64,000 bases of DNA from Deltaproteobacteria bacterium (GTDB taxonomy: Bacteria > Myxococcota_A > Polyangia > Fen-1088): contig JANRKS010000007.1 in the NCBI GenBank assembly GCA_033763315.1, positions 224,001 through 288,000 on the forward strand. Reading direction: 5' to 3'. Positions 1-8,616 of the stretch are shown in pieces. Every line of letters begins with the position of its first letter. Within the stretch, counting starts at the first letter, position 1. The position numbers were made by a program, and so were the translations under genes. The notes beneath the pieces were generated by a model. The model did no database searches and was not told where the DNA came from. It saw only the letters and a list, made by a program, of their open reading frames with translations.

Positions 1-1242
1 AAAACACTGCAAACGCTGTGTGCGCTCAAGGGCCGCACATTGATCGTGTGCCCCACATCGGTTGTGCACAACTGGCGCGCCGAATGCCAGCGCTTCCGGC
101 CGTCGTTGAAACTGTGCGTCTACCATGGCCGCGATCGCAAGCTTGATGAAAGCGCCGAAGTCACGCTCACAAGTTATTCACTCATGCGCTTGGATCAAGA
201 AATCCTGCAAGCGGTGCAATGGGACACGATCGTGTTGGATGAAGCGCAGGCGATCAAAAACCCCGAAAGCCAGGCGGCACGAGCCGCGTGTGCGTTGCCA
301 GCTGTGTTCCGCTTGGCGCTCACAGGCACGCCAGTTGAAAACCGGTTGGATGAGCTGTGGAGCTTGATGCATTTCACCAACCGCGGCCTGCTGGGTGGCC
401 GATCCCATTTTGCCGACAACATCGAACGGCCGATCGTCAGCGGCGATCAAGCTGCGGTTGCCAAGCTGCGCGCACGCATCAAGCCATTCGTTATGCGAAG
501 GCTTAAGCGTGATGTGGCGCCCGATCTACCACCGCGCACCGAATCGGTGATGCACGTGGAGCTCGATGAGAAAGAGCGCGGCATTTATGACACCGTCCGC
601 GCCGCCGCTCAAAAGGATGTCATCGGCCTTCTGCAAAGCGGCCACGGTGTGATGGCGGCCTTGGAGGCCTTGTTGCGTCTGCGCCAAGCCTCATGCCATT
701 CGGCGCTGATCCCCGGGCAAACCGCCACAAGCTCATCCAAGGTTGAACGTTTGGTTGATGCGCTTAGCACGGTGGCCGAGGAAGGCGGACGCAGCCTTGT
801 GTTCTCTCAATGGACCTCGTTCTTGGATCTGATTGAGGTGGCGTTGAAGGAAGCGGGCGTTAAGTTCTGCCGGTTGGACGGCAGCACGCGCGACCGCGAT
901 GCCGTGGTCAAAACATTCCAAGATCCGGCGGGCCCTCCGGTCATGCTGATCTCGCTCAAGGCGGGCGGCAGCGGCCTTAACCTTACGGCCGCCGATCACG
1001 TGTTCATCTGCGATCCGTGGTGGAACCCCGCGGTGGAAGCGCAAGCCGCGGATCGCGCCCACCGCATCGGCCAAGACAAACCTGTGTTCGTGTACCGCTT
1101 GGTGGCAGTGGACACCGTGGAAGCGCGCATCCTTGATCTACAAGAGCGCAAACGCGCGCTCGCCGATGCAGCCCTCGACGGCGGCGCCGCCGCGGCTTCA
1201 CTGACCAAGGACGATTTGTTGGCGCTGTTGGCGGACGCGTGA
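1..1242 (+). CDS. SNF2-family (Swi2/Snf2) DEAD/H helicase, 5'-truncated by the window edge
   Basis: Frame is open from base 1 (KTLQTLCAL, end of Walker A). Motifs [63 protein letters not shown]. Confidence 0.95.
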   Translation, partial: KTLQTLCALKGRTLIVCPTSVVHNWRAECQRFRPSLKLCVYHGRDRKLDESAEVTLTSYSLMRLDQEILQAVQWDTIVLDEAQAIKNPESQAARAACALPAVFRLALTGTPVENRLDELWSLMHFTNRGLLGGRSHFADNIERPIVSGDQAAVAKLRARIKPFVMRRLKRDVAPDLPPRTESVMHVELDEKERGIYDTVRAAAQKDVIGLLQSGHGVMAALEALLRLRQASCHSALIPGQTATSSSKVERLVDALSTVAEEGGRSLVFSQWTSFLDLIEVALKEAGVKFCRLDGSTRDRDAVVKTFQDPAGPPVMLISLKAGGSGLNLTAADHVFICDPWWNPAVEAQAADRAHRIGQDKPVFVYRLVAVDTVEARILDLQERKRALADAALDGGAAAASLTKDDLLALLADA

Positions 1243-1294
1243 CAAGCGTGAGGGGCGGCCCCGTGGCCTCCGTGCCTTACAAACTTTCTCTAGC

Positions 1295-2278
1295 TCACCC
1301 CCGCTCAACCAGGGTTCGCACCAACTTCAACACGAGGCGCACATGCTCAGCATGCGTCTCAAGCCGGTTCGCGTCGGTGAGGCTTCGCCACAAACTTGGC
1401 TCGAACTTCGTCAGTTCCGTGGTGTGCGGTAGCGATAAAACAACGTCATCGTTCGTGACGGCCACGTAGATCTCGTTCGTCGAAAAGGCGATTCTTATTT
1501 CGTCAAACGATCGCTCACGAAGATCGGTGAGTTGGCGGCGAAATGCCGGGGTCAACAACCCTCGCGCCTCGTCCTCTGATGCAGCATAAACCGCGTACAC
1601 GTCTTCGAAGGCGCTATCCTCGTCGAAACGCACAACACGACCAGGCTTTGTGATATCGAACGATTGCAACACTTTGGCGGCGGTGCGCGAGAGAAACTCA
1701 GCGTCGTCTGAAACGATCACCACGCGTTCCGATAGAGCGCTCGGAAGTTCGATCTTCACAAACAAACCGCTGAAGATTGTGTCGCTGACCTTATCTCCCT
1801 TGCTGTCATGCGACCGGTATTCGGCATTCACTTCGGCTGCCGTGAACAAAGCGCCGTGCACGGTGCCGCGAATTTGATCCTCGGTGTGGTACCAGTTCGG
1901 CTGCATGAAGAACAACCCGCTGCGTTGGAAGTCTGCTTGGTTTATGCCCAGCGCGGGCTCATAGGCGATCGACGCATCAACCGTTTTGATGAGCCTATGG
2001 ACCACTTCGTTTTTGAACGCCCAGCGATATTTTGTCACGCCCCAAAGGCTTGAGAAGTAGGCGGCACAAATGCCGAGCGCCAAAACGCTGGGCCACAGGG
2101 CGTACGCGGGCGGTCGCCCCGCGCTGGCTCCCAAAAGCTGCCAAAATATGCTGGGCACGCTCAAGGCGATGAGCCCCAGCGCGGCTGAGGCGGCGATGCC
2201 GCCCAAGGCCGCGGTTAGGAGGAGGCTTTTACGTCGCCGTTCTAGTGAGCGAATCGATTCGGCCAACGTGCTTTGCAT
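1295..2278 (-). CDS. DUF3137-like membrane protein
   Basis: Two N-terminal TM segments, then FKNEVV, EDQIRG, TIFSGLF, FEDVYAVYA and ARGLLTP, resembling DUF3137. Confidence 0.75.
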   Translation of the reverse strand: MQSTLAESIRSLERRRKSLLLTAALGGIAASAALGLIALSVPSIFWQLLGASAGRPPAYALWPSVLALGICAAYFSSLWGVTKYRWAFKNEVVHRLIKTVDASIAYEPALGINQADFQRSGLFFMQPNWYHTEDQIRGTVHGALFTAAEVNAEYRSHDSKGDKVSDTIFSGLFVKIELPSALSERVVIVSDDAEFLSRTAAKVLQSFDITKPGRVVRFDEDSAFEDVYAVYAASEDEARGLLTPAFRRQLTDLRERSFDEIRIAFSTNEIYVAVTNDDVVLSLPHTTELTKFEPSLWRSLTDANRLETHAEHVRLVLKLVRTLVERG

Positions 2279-2305
2279 GCACGCACCATAGCAGCCGAGC
2301 GGCCA

Positions 2306-3592
2306 CTAGATGCCGGGGCACTTGGGGCTTGGCTTCACGAATGCGGTCTGCATGAAGCGCGGTGTGAAGTTGGTGCCGCTCACAGCCGCGGAGGCAACCC
2401 ACGCTTGGCCATCGTCGCTGCGGTAAAACTTCAACTGTCCGTTGGCGCTCACCGAAACGGCGTATCCCGTGTCTTTGGACCATGCACCCACGCCCACGGA
2501 CCCTGCGGCTTTAAGAACCCGTGTCCACGTGATGCCGTCTTCGCTGCGCAGAAGTTCGTCGCCACGGGCTGCAAACAAGGCGGATTGATCGGCAAACATG
2601 GAATTAAGGTTGGCCAAGTTCGCGACGGGCGTCCAAGTGGCGCCTCCATCTTGCGAGCGGCACACAGCGCCGGACGATCCACCCGCCACAATCACACCAT
2701 GGCTTTGCGCCACGGGCCCCCACTCAAACGCCGCACAGCCGGTGGTGCGCGGGGATCGAACGGTAAAGGTTCGCCCCAAGTCGGAGCTGGTCATCATCAA
2801 GAAATTGCGCGAGCCATTCTCGTCGCGCTCAACGCGCATCAGCAGCAACTTCTCTTTAGGGTAAAACTGAACGTTGCGTATGTGACTGATGTTGGTGGGC
2901 TGGAAACTTGTTTCCTTCCACGCCCTGCCCTCTTCCGATGTCCACACCTTGTGTGACCAAAACACCTTGAAGGCAGCACCATCGAAAAACGTGCTTGAGG
3001 TGTTTTCTGTGCTCGGCCCGGTCGCGCCGTTAAGCTTCGTGTATGAGCTCGACGGCAACTCTTGCCAATCGACCGCATTGTCGCTGTAAAACACCCTGCC
3101 GGGCGCCCCCCAGCCTGCAGACGCGATGATGGCGCCTCGGCCGCCGGCCAGCCCAGTCACAGCGTTGGCGCTGTGATCGTCATCTGGTGTTTTGTAAAAA
3201 TCATTGACGCGGAACTGCCGCCCGCCGTTGCACGAAACAGCTGTGCGCCCGCCCGGGCCCAAAGCCACGATGACAGGCACCAGCCCTGCCGGTGGCGGCG
3301 GGTCGACGAAGGCCGCATCACCATCAGAAGCCTTCGCATCATCGCTGCGCGCGCCGGCGTCGGGAACATCGCCCTTGCCCGCAGCTCCACTTGTTCCACC
3401 GCTCCATCCGCCGGATGATGAGCGTCCGCCGTCGCCTCCTTCACCGCCCGCGCCCTCGCCGCCGGAGCCATCATCGTCGGATGTTTTCACGTCGCCATTG
3501 ACGGCACCACCACAGGCCGCGCAAGCGAAGCACAGGGCACCCACTGCTCTCAAGAATGATGCTGACAAACCGTGAACTACTTTCGGTTGCAT
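2306..3592 (-). CDS. Secreted lipoprotein with Gly-rich linker and BNR/Asp-box beta-propeller repeats
   Basis: Lipobox-like CAACGG and Gly/Asp-rich linker. Repeated S-x-D-G-x-x-W Asp boxes (SEEGRAW, SSDLGRTF, SQDGGATW, SEDGITW, SDDGQAW). Confidence 0.8.
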   Translation of the reverse strand: MQPKVVHGLSASFLRAVGALCFACAACGGAVNGDVKTSDDDGSGGEGAGGEGGDGGRSSSGGWSGGTSGAAGKGDVPDAGARSDDAKASDGDAAFVDPPPPAGLVPVIVALGPGGRTAVSCNGGRQFRVNDFYKTPDDDHSANAVTGLAGGRGAIIASAGWGAPGRVFYSDNAVDWQELPSSSYTKLNGATGPSTENTSSTFFDGAAFKVFWSHKVWTSEEGRAWKETSFQPTNISHIRNVQFYPKEKLLLMRVERDENGSRNFLMMTSSDLGRTFTVRSPRTTGCAAFEWGPVAQSHGVIVAGGSSGAVCRSQDGGATWTPVANLANLNSMFADQSALFAARGDELLRSEDGITWTRVLKAAGSVGVGAWSKDTGYAVSVSANGQLKFYRSDDGQAWVASAAVSGTNFTPRFMQTAFVKPSPKCPGI

Positions 3593-3726
3593 GCGTCAAG
3601 CCACCAGCGGCCAGAGGAATAATCCTATGCTGCCCCGGCTTGACTCACAAGAACATCCAAGGTTCACCCATCGCGAACACAGTAGAACTACATAGGTGTG
3701 TCAAAATTCCGACGCGATCAAGGCGT

Positions 3727-5700
3727 TCAACCAAGTCCTGCCGTCAACACCACCACCGCACGGCAGTCAGCCGCCGCGAACTTGTGGTGCCGGTTGGGAT
3801 TCAACACGACACCGCCTTTGCGGCCCGAGACCGTCACAAGCTGAACGCCCAGCGCTGTTTCCCCACGCGCCGCCGCAGCGTCTAAAAGGTCAGAGAAATC
3901 GAAGGTCGATCCCAAGGAAAATTCCGACACCTCACGAAAGACGATCTCTGGCCCCTCGGGTCCGAGCAACAGATCGAACACCAGCCGCAGATCGGCTCGC
4001 AGCGCAATCTGAGCGATGACGTGGCTCAAGATCTCACCTGTGGCCAAGACTTCAGTATCGACCTTGTCGAACAAGTCTGCGTTCGATGGGTCGCGAAGTT
4101 GCACCAGCAAGTGCGGCCCCCGGGCCATGTCTTCCAGCAGCTCACGTACCAAGTGGTAACCCATCAGCGTGCGCGCATCGGCGTCTTCGGCGGTGTCAAA
4201 CCGGTCGCTGCCCACAATGAGAATGTTGTGGTAGGTGGCCAGCTGCACAGCCCCCAGATCTCCTGGCACCGCGTAGTCACCCACAAGATGGTTTAGTTTG
4301 AGCCGTTGTGGCTGAATGTCATTTTGTCGCAAGCGCTTCTCGCGATCGTCCACCGCAATGGTTGACATGATGTCAACATGCGACCGGTGTTGTGGATGAC
4401 GATCAAGCTCCCGCAGCACCGTCGGCACGGTGTGGTTCCATCCCAGGATCAAAATCCGCCGTTCAAGTAAGCCGTCGTCTCTCACGCTCAACAGCGAAGC
4501 CTGTGGCGGCGCGGAACTGTGGGCGATCGAAGATGGCGTCAAATCATATTCGAGGGCGAGCAACACCAAACGATCATCTGCCCGAATCACCTCATGTGCC
4601 GACGGATTCAACAACGGCGTTGGATTTTCCGTGCCCCGGAGCAGACCGATGACGATCCCATCTTCGAACGCATGCGTTAGTGTGCCCACCGCGCGCCCCA
4701 CCAAACCCGGCTCGGCCCTCAGATAGATCTCAGAGCCGCTGTCGTGGCTCAGCACCTCATTGAGCACATAGCTCAGGCCCGGATGCCTTAGGTTCTGCGC
4801 CATCAAGCGCCCCACCATGTCATCGGTGGCGATGATCTGCGCGCGCCCCACGCCATACGCCGCTTCAGCCACCGCGACGACGCGCGCGTTGTTAATAGCC
4901 GCCACCATCAAAGGCAGCTGCCCATTGTTTTCTGAGGCGCAATGCTGCCGAACGGTCAACATGGTCTTGAGCGTGCGGGCATCGTTATCAGCCTCGTCCT
5001 CGGGGCCGTTTTGATCCGTGCCGGGCAGAATCAGCACCGCGGCGCGCGCGTAGTCAACACGTCGCAAATGCTCTATCTGCAAGGGTGAGCCTGAGCGCAG
5101 AATGACATTGGTGCGCTTGTAGCGGGGGCCGAGAAGTTCCCGCAACGCCACGACGAGATCCAGGTCCACGTCTGGAACCAAGATCGCGATTTGCAGCTTT
5201 CTCGCACCTAATCTGCGGAGAAACCGGCGGACGCGACCGGTGGAGCCCAAGAGCTCGCGCAAAACTTCGGGAGAGCGCGACGTCCAACCCAGAATAACAA
5301 TGTGGTTCCGCTTGGCGATCGGCGTCAGCCCCTGCTCAAGCTGGCGAATGGTGCTGTTCAGCCACTGCGTCATGATGGCGATCAAGGCCCCCAGGAACAA
5401 CACGTAGCCGAGCACGGTGATCACGGTGGACACGACCCGGCGCAAGGCACCTTGATCGTCGCCCAGATACCCTGGGTCTGTGAGCCGCAGGAACGCCCAC
5501 CAGATCTCGTTGGCAAGGGGCTCCGCATGGCGGCTGTCATAGAAGAACACAGTAATGCCGCCCAGCAGGCTGATGGCAGCGATAAGGCCTGCCACAAACA
5601 GCAGACGGTATTGCGTTCCCCCGAGCAGGAACCTCTCAAGGGCGAAAATCAACTGCCGGCGCAGACGTCCAATCACGCCGTCATCATGCCATGCTTCCAC
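3727..5700 (-). CDS. CASTOR/POLLUX-related cation channel with two RCK domains
   Basis: TM, pore helix WWAFLRLTDPGYLGDD, TM. Two Rossmann-like RCK starts (NHIVILGW, RRILILGW) and DARTL motifs. Confidence 0.85.
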   Translation of the reverse strand: MEAWHDDGVIGRLRRQLIFALERFLLGGTQYRLLFVAGLIAAISLLGGITVFFYDSRHAEPLANEIWWAFLRLTDPGYLGDDQGALRRVVSTVITVLGYVLFLGALIAIMTQWLNSTIRQLEQGLTPIAKRNHIVILGWTSRSPEVLRELLGSTGRVRRFLRRLGARKLQIAILVPDVDLDLVVALRELLGPRYKRTNVILRSGSPLQIEHLRRVDYARAAVLILPGTDQNGPEDEADNDARTLKTMLTVRQHCASENNGQLPLMVAAINNARVVAVAEAAYGVGRAQIIATDDMVGRLMAQNLRHPGLSYVLNEVLSHDSGSEIYLRAEPGLVGRAVGTLTHAFEDGIVIGLLRGTENPTPLLNPSAHEVIRADDRLVLLALEYDLTPSSIAHSSAPPQASLLSVRDDGLLERRILILGWNHTVPTVLRELDRHPQHRSHVDIMSTIAVDDREKRLRQNDIQPQRLKLNHLVGDYAVPGDLGAVQLATYHNILIVGSDRFDTAEDADARTLMGYHLVRELLEDMARGPHLLVQLRDPSNADLFDKVDTEVLATGEILSHVIAQIALRADLRLVFDLLLGPEGPEIVFREVSEFSLGSTFDFSDLLDAAAARGETALGVQLVTVSGRKGGVVLNPNRHHKFAAADCRAVVVLTAGLG

Positions 5701-5835
5701 ACTCTGTGTCCGCAGCCGTCACGCTGTTCAAGACCTGGTGAACGTTCACCACGCAGATGTCAAAGCTGGCGCACCTTGCACACCACGGTGAACGACGAGT
5801 GTGTGAAATGGGGTGGTTAGGCAGCGCAAGGTTGA

Positions 5836-5851
5836 TGGCACGGATCTCGCT
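5836..5851 (+). promoter_or_regulatory. Sigma54 (-24/-12) promoter
   Basis: TGGCACGGATCTCGCT has GG(5837-38)-N10-GC(5849-50) and lies 25 nt upstream of ATG 5876. Confidence 0.65.
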
Positions 5852-5875
5852 GTTGCGACTGCGGTGCCCCTATTC

Positions 5876-6652
5876 ATGCTTCATCGCCCGTGGCTCGGTG
5901 TGTGCACGGTGCTGTCCTTGTTGCCGCTGACGCCCCATGAGGCGTTCGCCGAGGAGGCTGGAGCGCACGCCAGTGCACGTATGCAAGCGGCCGCAGACGA
6001 CGATTCACCTTCGCCGCTGAACACCGTCAATGGGCTCTACCCCTTGTGGGAGCACACGGGCGTTCTACACAACGCGGGCGCGGTGCAGCTCGGCTACCAG
6101 CAAGCACAAGTGGGCATGGGATTCGCGCAGCTATCCACCCAGCCATTCCTAGATTTATACGGCACATTGAACTTGCAGGCGAAGGTGGCAGTGCTGATGC
6201 GAGAGCGGCTGAAAGTGGCCGTTGTGGCTGGCATTTATCGAATTCCCACCAACGCGCAAAGCCGCATGTTTGGCAACCTCAACGCCACAGGCCTTGTGAA
6301 TCCGTATGGGCCGTTGTATCTGGCGCCGCTGTCGCTGGCAAAGAGCGTGCTGTTGTCGCAGCGTTGGGCTTTGCATTGGGCCTCGACGTTGCTCGTAGCC
6401 TCCGGTGAGGATCAGCGTTACGTATCGGGTGGTCAGGCGCTGCTCGTTGAGGCGATCGCGAATGCGCATTGGCGCGCACGACTGCACGCTGGGGTTGAAG
6501 GCATCAACGTTCAGGGCCAAGGGCACGCGGCGCTGTCGTTTGCCTATCGCGGCGATGTGGTTCGCTTAGAAGCAGGTGGTGGTCAACGCATCCTGTTCAC
6601 GGGGGAACGTTCCACGTTTGTCATGTTCGATGGGGCGCTGGTGTTCTGGTGA
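5876..6652 (+). CDS. Putative outer-membrane beta-barrel protein
   Basis: Signal peptide ending AFA, alternating amphipathic strands, C-terminal aromatic (VFW). Start taken at ATG 5876 rather than 5813. GTGA overlap with the next gene. Confidence 0.6.
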   Translation: MLHRPWLGVCTVLSLLPLTPHEAFAEEAGAHASARMQAAADDDSPSPLNTVNGLYPLWEHTGVLHNAGAVQLGYQQAQVGMGFAQLSTQPFLDLYGTLNLQAKVAVLMRERLKVAVVAGIYRIPTNAQSRMFGNLNATGLVNPYGPLYLAPLSLAKSVLLSQRWALHWASTLLVASGEDQRYVSGGQALLVEAIANAHWRARLHAGVEGINVQGQGHAALSFAYRGDVVRLEAGGGQRILFTGERSTFVMFDGALVFW

Positions 6653-8097
6653 AATCAGTGATGCGGTTGCGAAGTGCCATCGTTCTTCTGCTGTCATACG
6701 CCTTTGGATGCGACGCCTCCTATGGCGAGTTTCTAAACACCGTACCCATCGAAGACCGACGCGCGAACGCCAGCCAGCCAACGCACGTCTTTTTGGGCGT
6801 CGACGGGATCTCGCGGCAAGCGTTCGATCTAGCGCGTGAGGAAGGTGCGTTTGCAGGTTGGCATGCGGCCGACTGGATTAGTGTGTTTCCCGCGGTTTCC
6901 GACTATGCGTGGACACGTATTCTCGCCGCCGACCCGATGCCCGGGTACGAAACGCAATACTACGACCCGGAAGCCAACAAACTGCACAACAAGGGCTTGG
7001 CAGGCGTGGCCGAACATCCCTTTTCGCAAGGCTTGTTGGATCCCCTCTCCTGCTGGAACAGTTTTGATTACTTGGGTAACGGAGAACTTTGGACTGTCAA
7101 AGGCTATCTTGATCCCGAAGCGTCCTTGCCACCGACGGCAACCGAGATGTTCCGGGTTCTTGAACGACTGGGTCGCACTCAACCGGTGGCGCTCGCGTAT
7201 CTCATGAACGTGGACGTTGTTTCGCACTCAGGTGGTTTGCAGAAAGCCGTCGCCATGCTGGTGGAGCTGGATCATCAGATCGCGGCTTTCCAAAAACGCC
7301 ACCCGGGCCGCTTTACCTTCACCATGTTTGGCGATCATGGCAACGCCCACAAGCAGGCTGAACTGGTGGATCCCAATCAACTGTTGCGCGAGGTGGGCGT
7401 GGCCAGCGTCGATCGCTTGGATGACGTGACAAACTTGCAGGCCATCCCGATTGTTCACGTGCGCGTGAACTTTGTTTCAGTGCATACGCACGCTGACATG
7501 GCGGCCGAAGTGGCGCGCCGGAGCTCAACCCACCGCTGGGTGGATCTGGCCGCCGTCAACCTCGGCGACGGGCACTACGCTGTATACAAGAATGGCAAAG
7601 CCTTAACCTTCTCGAGGCAGGCCGACGGGGCGTATTTGATCACCGATCCTCGCGCGTGGGATAGGTTGCTCGGGTCCGACCTAATGGCGCTCTGCCAAGC
7701 ATCCCTCTGCGAAAACAACGAGTTGTCGATGGACGACGAACGCAGCTTCGCTTTGACCCACAACAGCCGCTATCCGGATCCCTTCCACCGCATCGCCACC
7801 GCCTTCACCGATGCTGCCGCCCGTAACCCACCGGAGGTGATCCTGTCCATGCCGGACGAAGTCTCTTCGTTTGGCTTTCACCTCCCAGGCGGCAGCGACC
7901 ACGCCGCCATCGATGGCTTTCACGGAGCGCTTACCCGCGGCTCCAGCCTTTCGGTGATGGCCTCTCAAGCGCACGAATTGCCAGAGGCGCTCCGCGCTGA
8001 GACGCTGCTGACTTTGTTTCCCGAGTTGCGGGAGCATCTGCAGCAGCAGCGATCAGAGGCCGCCGCGCCGACGAGAAGTCCTGCAAAGGGCGACTAG
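6649..8097 (+). CDS. Alkaline phosphatase superfamily (NPP/type I phosphodiesterase-like) lipoprotein
   Basis: Lipobox AFGC. Metal-site motifs LGVDGIS, FPAVS (nucleophile), DVVSH, GDHG, GFHG. Confidence 0.8.
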   Translation: MKSVMRLRSAIVLLLSYAFGCDASYGEFLNTVPIEDRRANASQPTHVFLGVDGISRQAFDLAREEGAFAGWHAADWISVFPAVSDYAWTRILAADPMPGYETQYYDPEANKLHNKGLAGVAEHPFSQGLLDPLSCWNSFDYLGNGELWTVKGYLDPEASLPPTATEMFRVLERLGRTQPVALAYLMNVDVVSHSGGLQKAVAMLVELDHQIAAFQKRHPGRFTFTMFGDHGNAHKQAELVDPNQLLREVGVASVDRLDDVTNLQAIPIVHVRVNFVSVHTHADMAAEVARRSSTHRWVDLAAVNLGDGHYAVYKNGKALTFSRQADGAYLITDPRAWDRLLGSDLMALCQASLCENNELSMDDERSFALTHNSRYPDPFHRIATAFTDAAARNPPEVILSMPDEVSSFGFHLPGGSDHAAIDGFHGALTRGSSLSVMASQAHELPEALRAETLLTLFPELREHLQQQRSEAAAPTRSPAKGD

Positions 8098-8193
8098 GAA
8101 TCGCCGACCTAGGGGGCGGCACGGTCTTGCCACTTGCCTCGGCCCCCCAGTAGACCCGCTTCTTTGACGAATGAGAGCGTGAAGTCATCACAC

Positions 8194-8259
8194 ATGGCCA
8201 TTCTGACATTGGCGTCAATTTGGCCATGGCTAGATTGACACGCACGTTAAAATGGCCAG
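8194..8259. repeat. Two tandem 34-bp imperfect palindromes (four 14-bp half-sites)
   Basis: 8194-8227 ATGGCCATTCTGAC-ATTGGC-GTCAATTTGGCCAT and 8226-8259 ATGGCTAGATTGAC-ACGCAC-GTTAAAATGGCCAG. Both have 6-bp spacers. Confidence 0.75.
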
Positions 8260-8503
8260 GTCGACGAACGCGTTGTGATGGCCGCAGGATCTGTTCGAGC
8301 GACGCAATCGCCGAGGCCACCCGTTGAGACAGCGTTGCTGGTCAGCCTCTCAGCTCATGCCAGCTGACAGTACAGATTCTTCGCCCAAGCCAAAGTGCCT
8401 GAGCTGATCGCCCACCGGGAACGCACCGCAATGCGATGTCCACCGTATCCCTTACCAGCTATCCGAGTGTGAGAGGACCATCTGCTCGACTCGGGTGTCA
8501 TCC

Positions 8504-8523
8504 CTGTGGACAAACTGTGGACA
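8504..8523. repeat. Direct repeat CTGTGGACA x2 with 11-bp period
   Basis: CTGTGGACA-AA-CTGTGGACA read directly. Confidence 0.6.
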
Positions 8524-8616
8524 CACACAACACATCGCGTCTGGAGCAACGATCTCGCGCCCAAAGCCGAGCCGCTCGCCGAAGGTCTTGGAGAGCGACA
8601 CACTCATGAATTTGAA

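Noticed and set aside
5767-5780. TGGCGCACCTTGCA as a second sigma54 promoter
   Set aside because: GG-to-GC spacing is 8.
8117-8131. CGGCACGGTCTTGCC as a sigma54 promoter
   Set aside because: GG-to-GC spacing is 9 rather than the required 10.
8100-8616. Gap as oriC, or as coding (ORFs 7931-8320, 8355-8603, 8506-8772)
   Set aside because: Only two imperfect DnaA-like boxes, no AT-rich unwinding element and no dnaA/dnaN nearby. The ORFs lack an RBS or motifs, and two of them overlap real genes.
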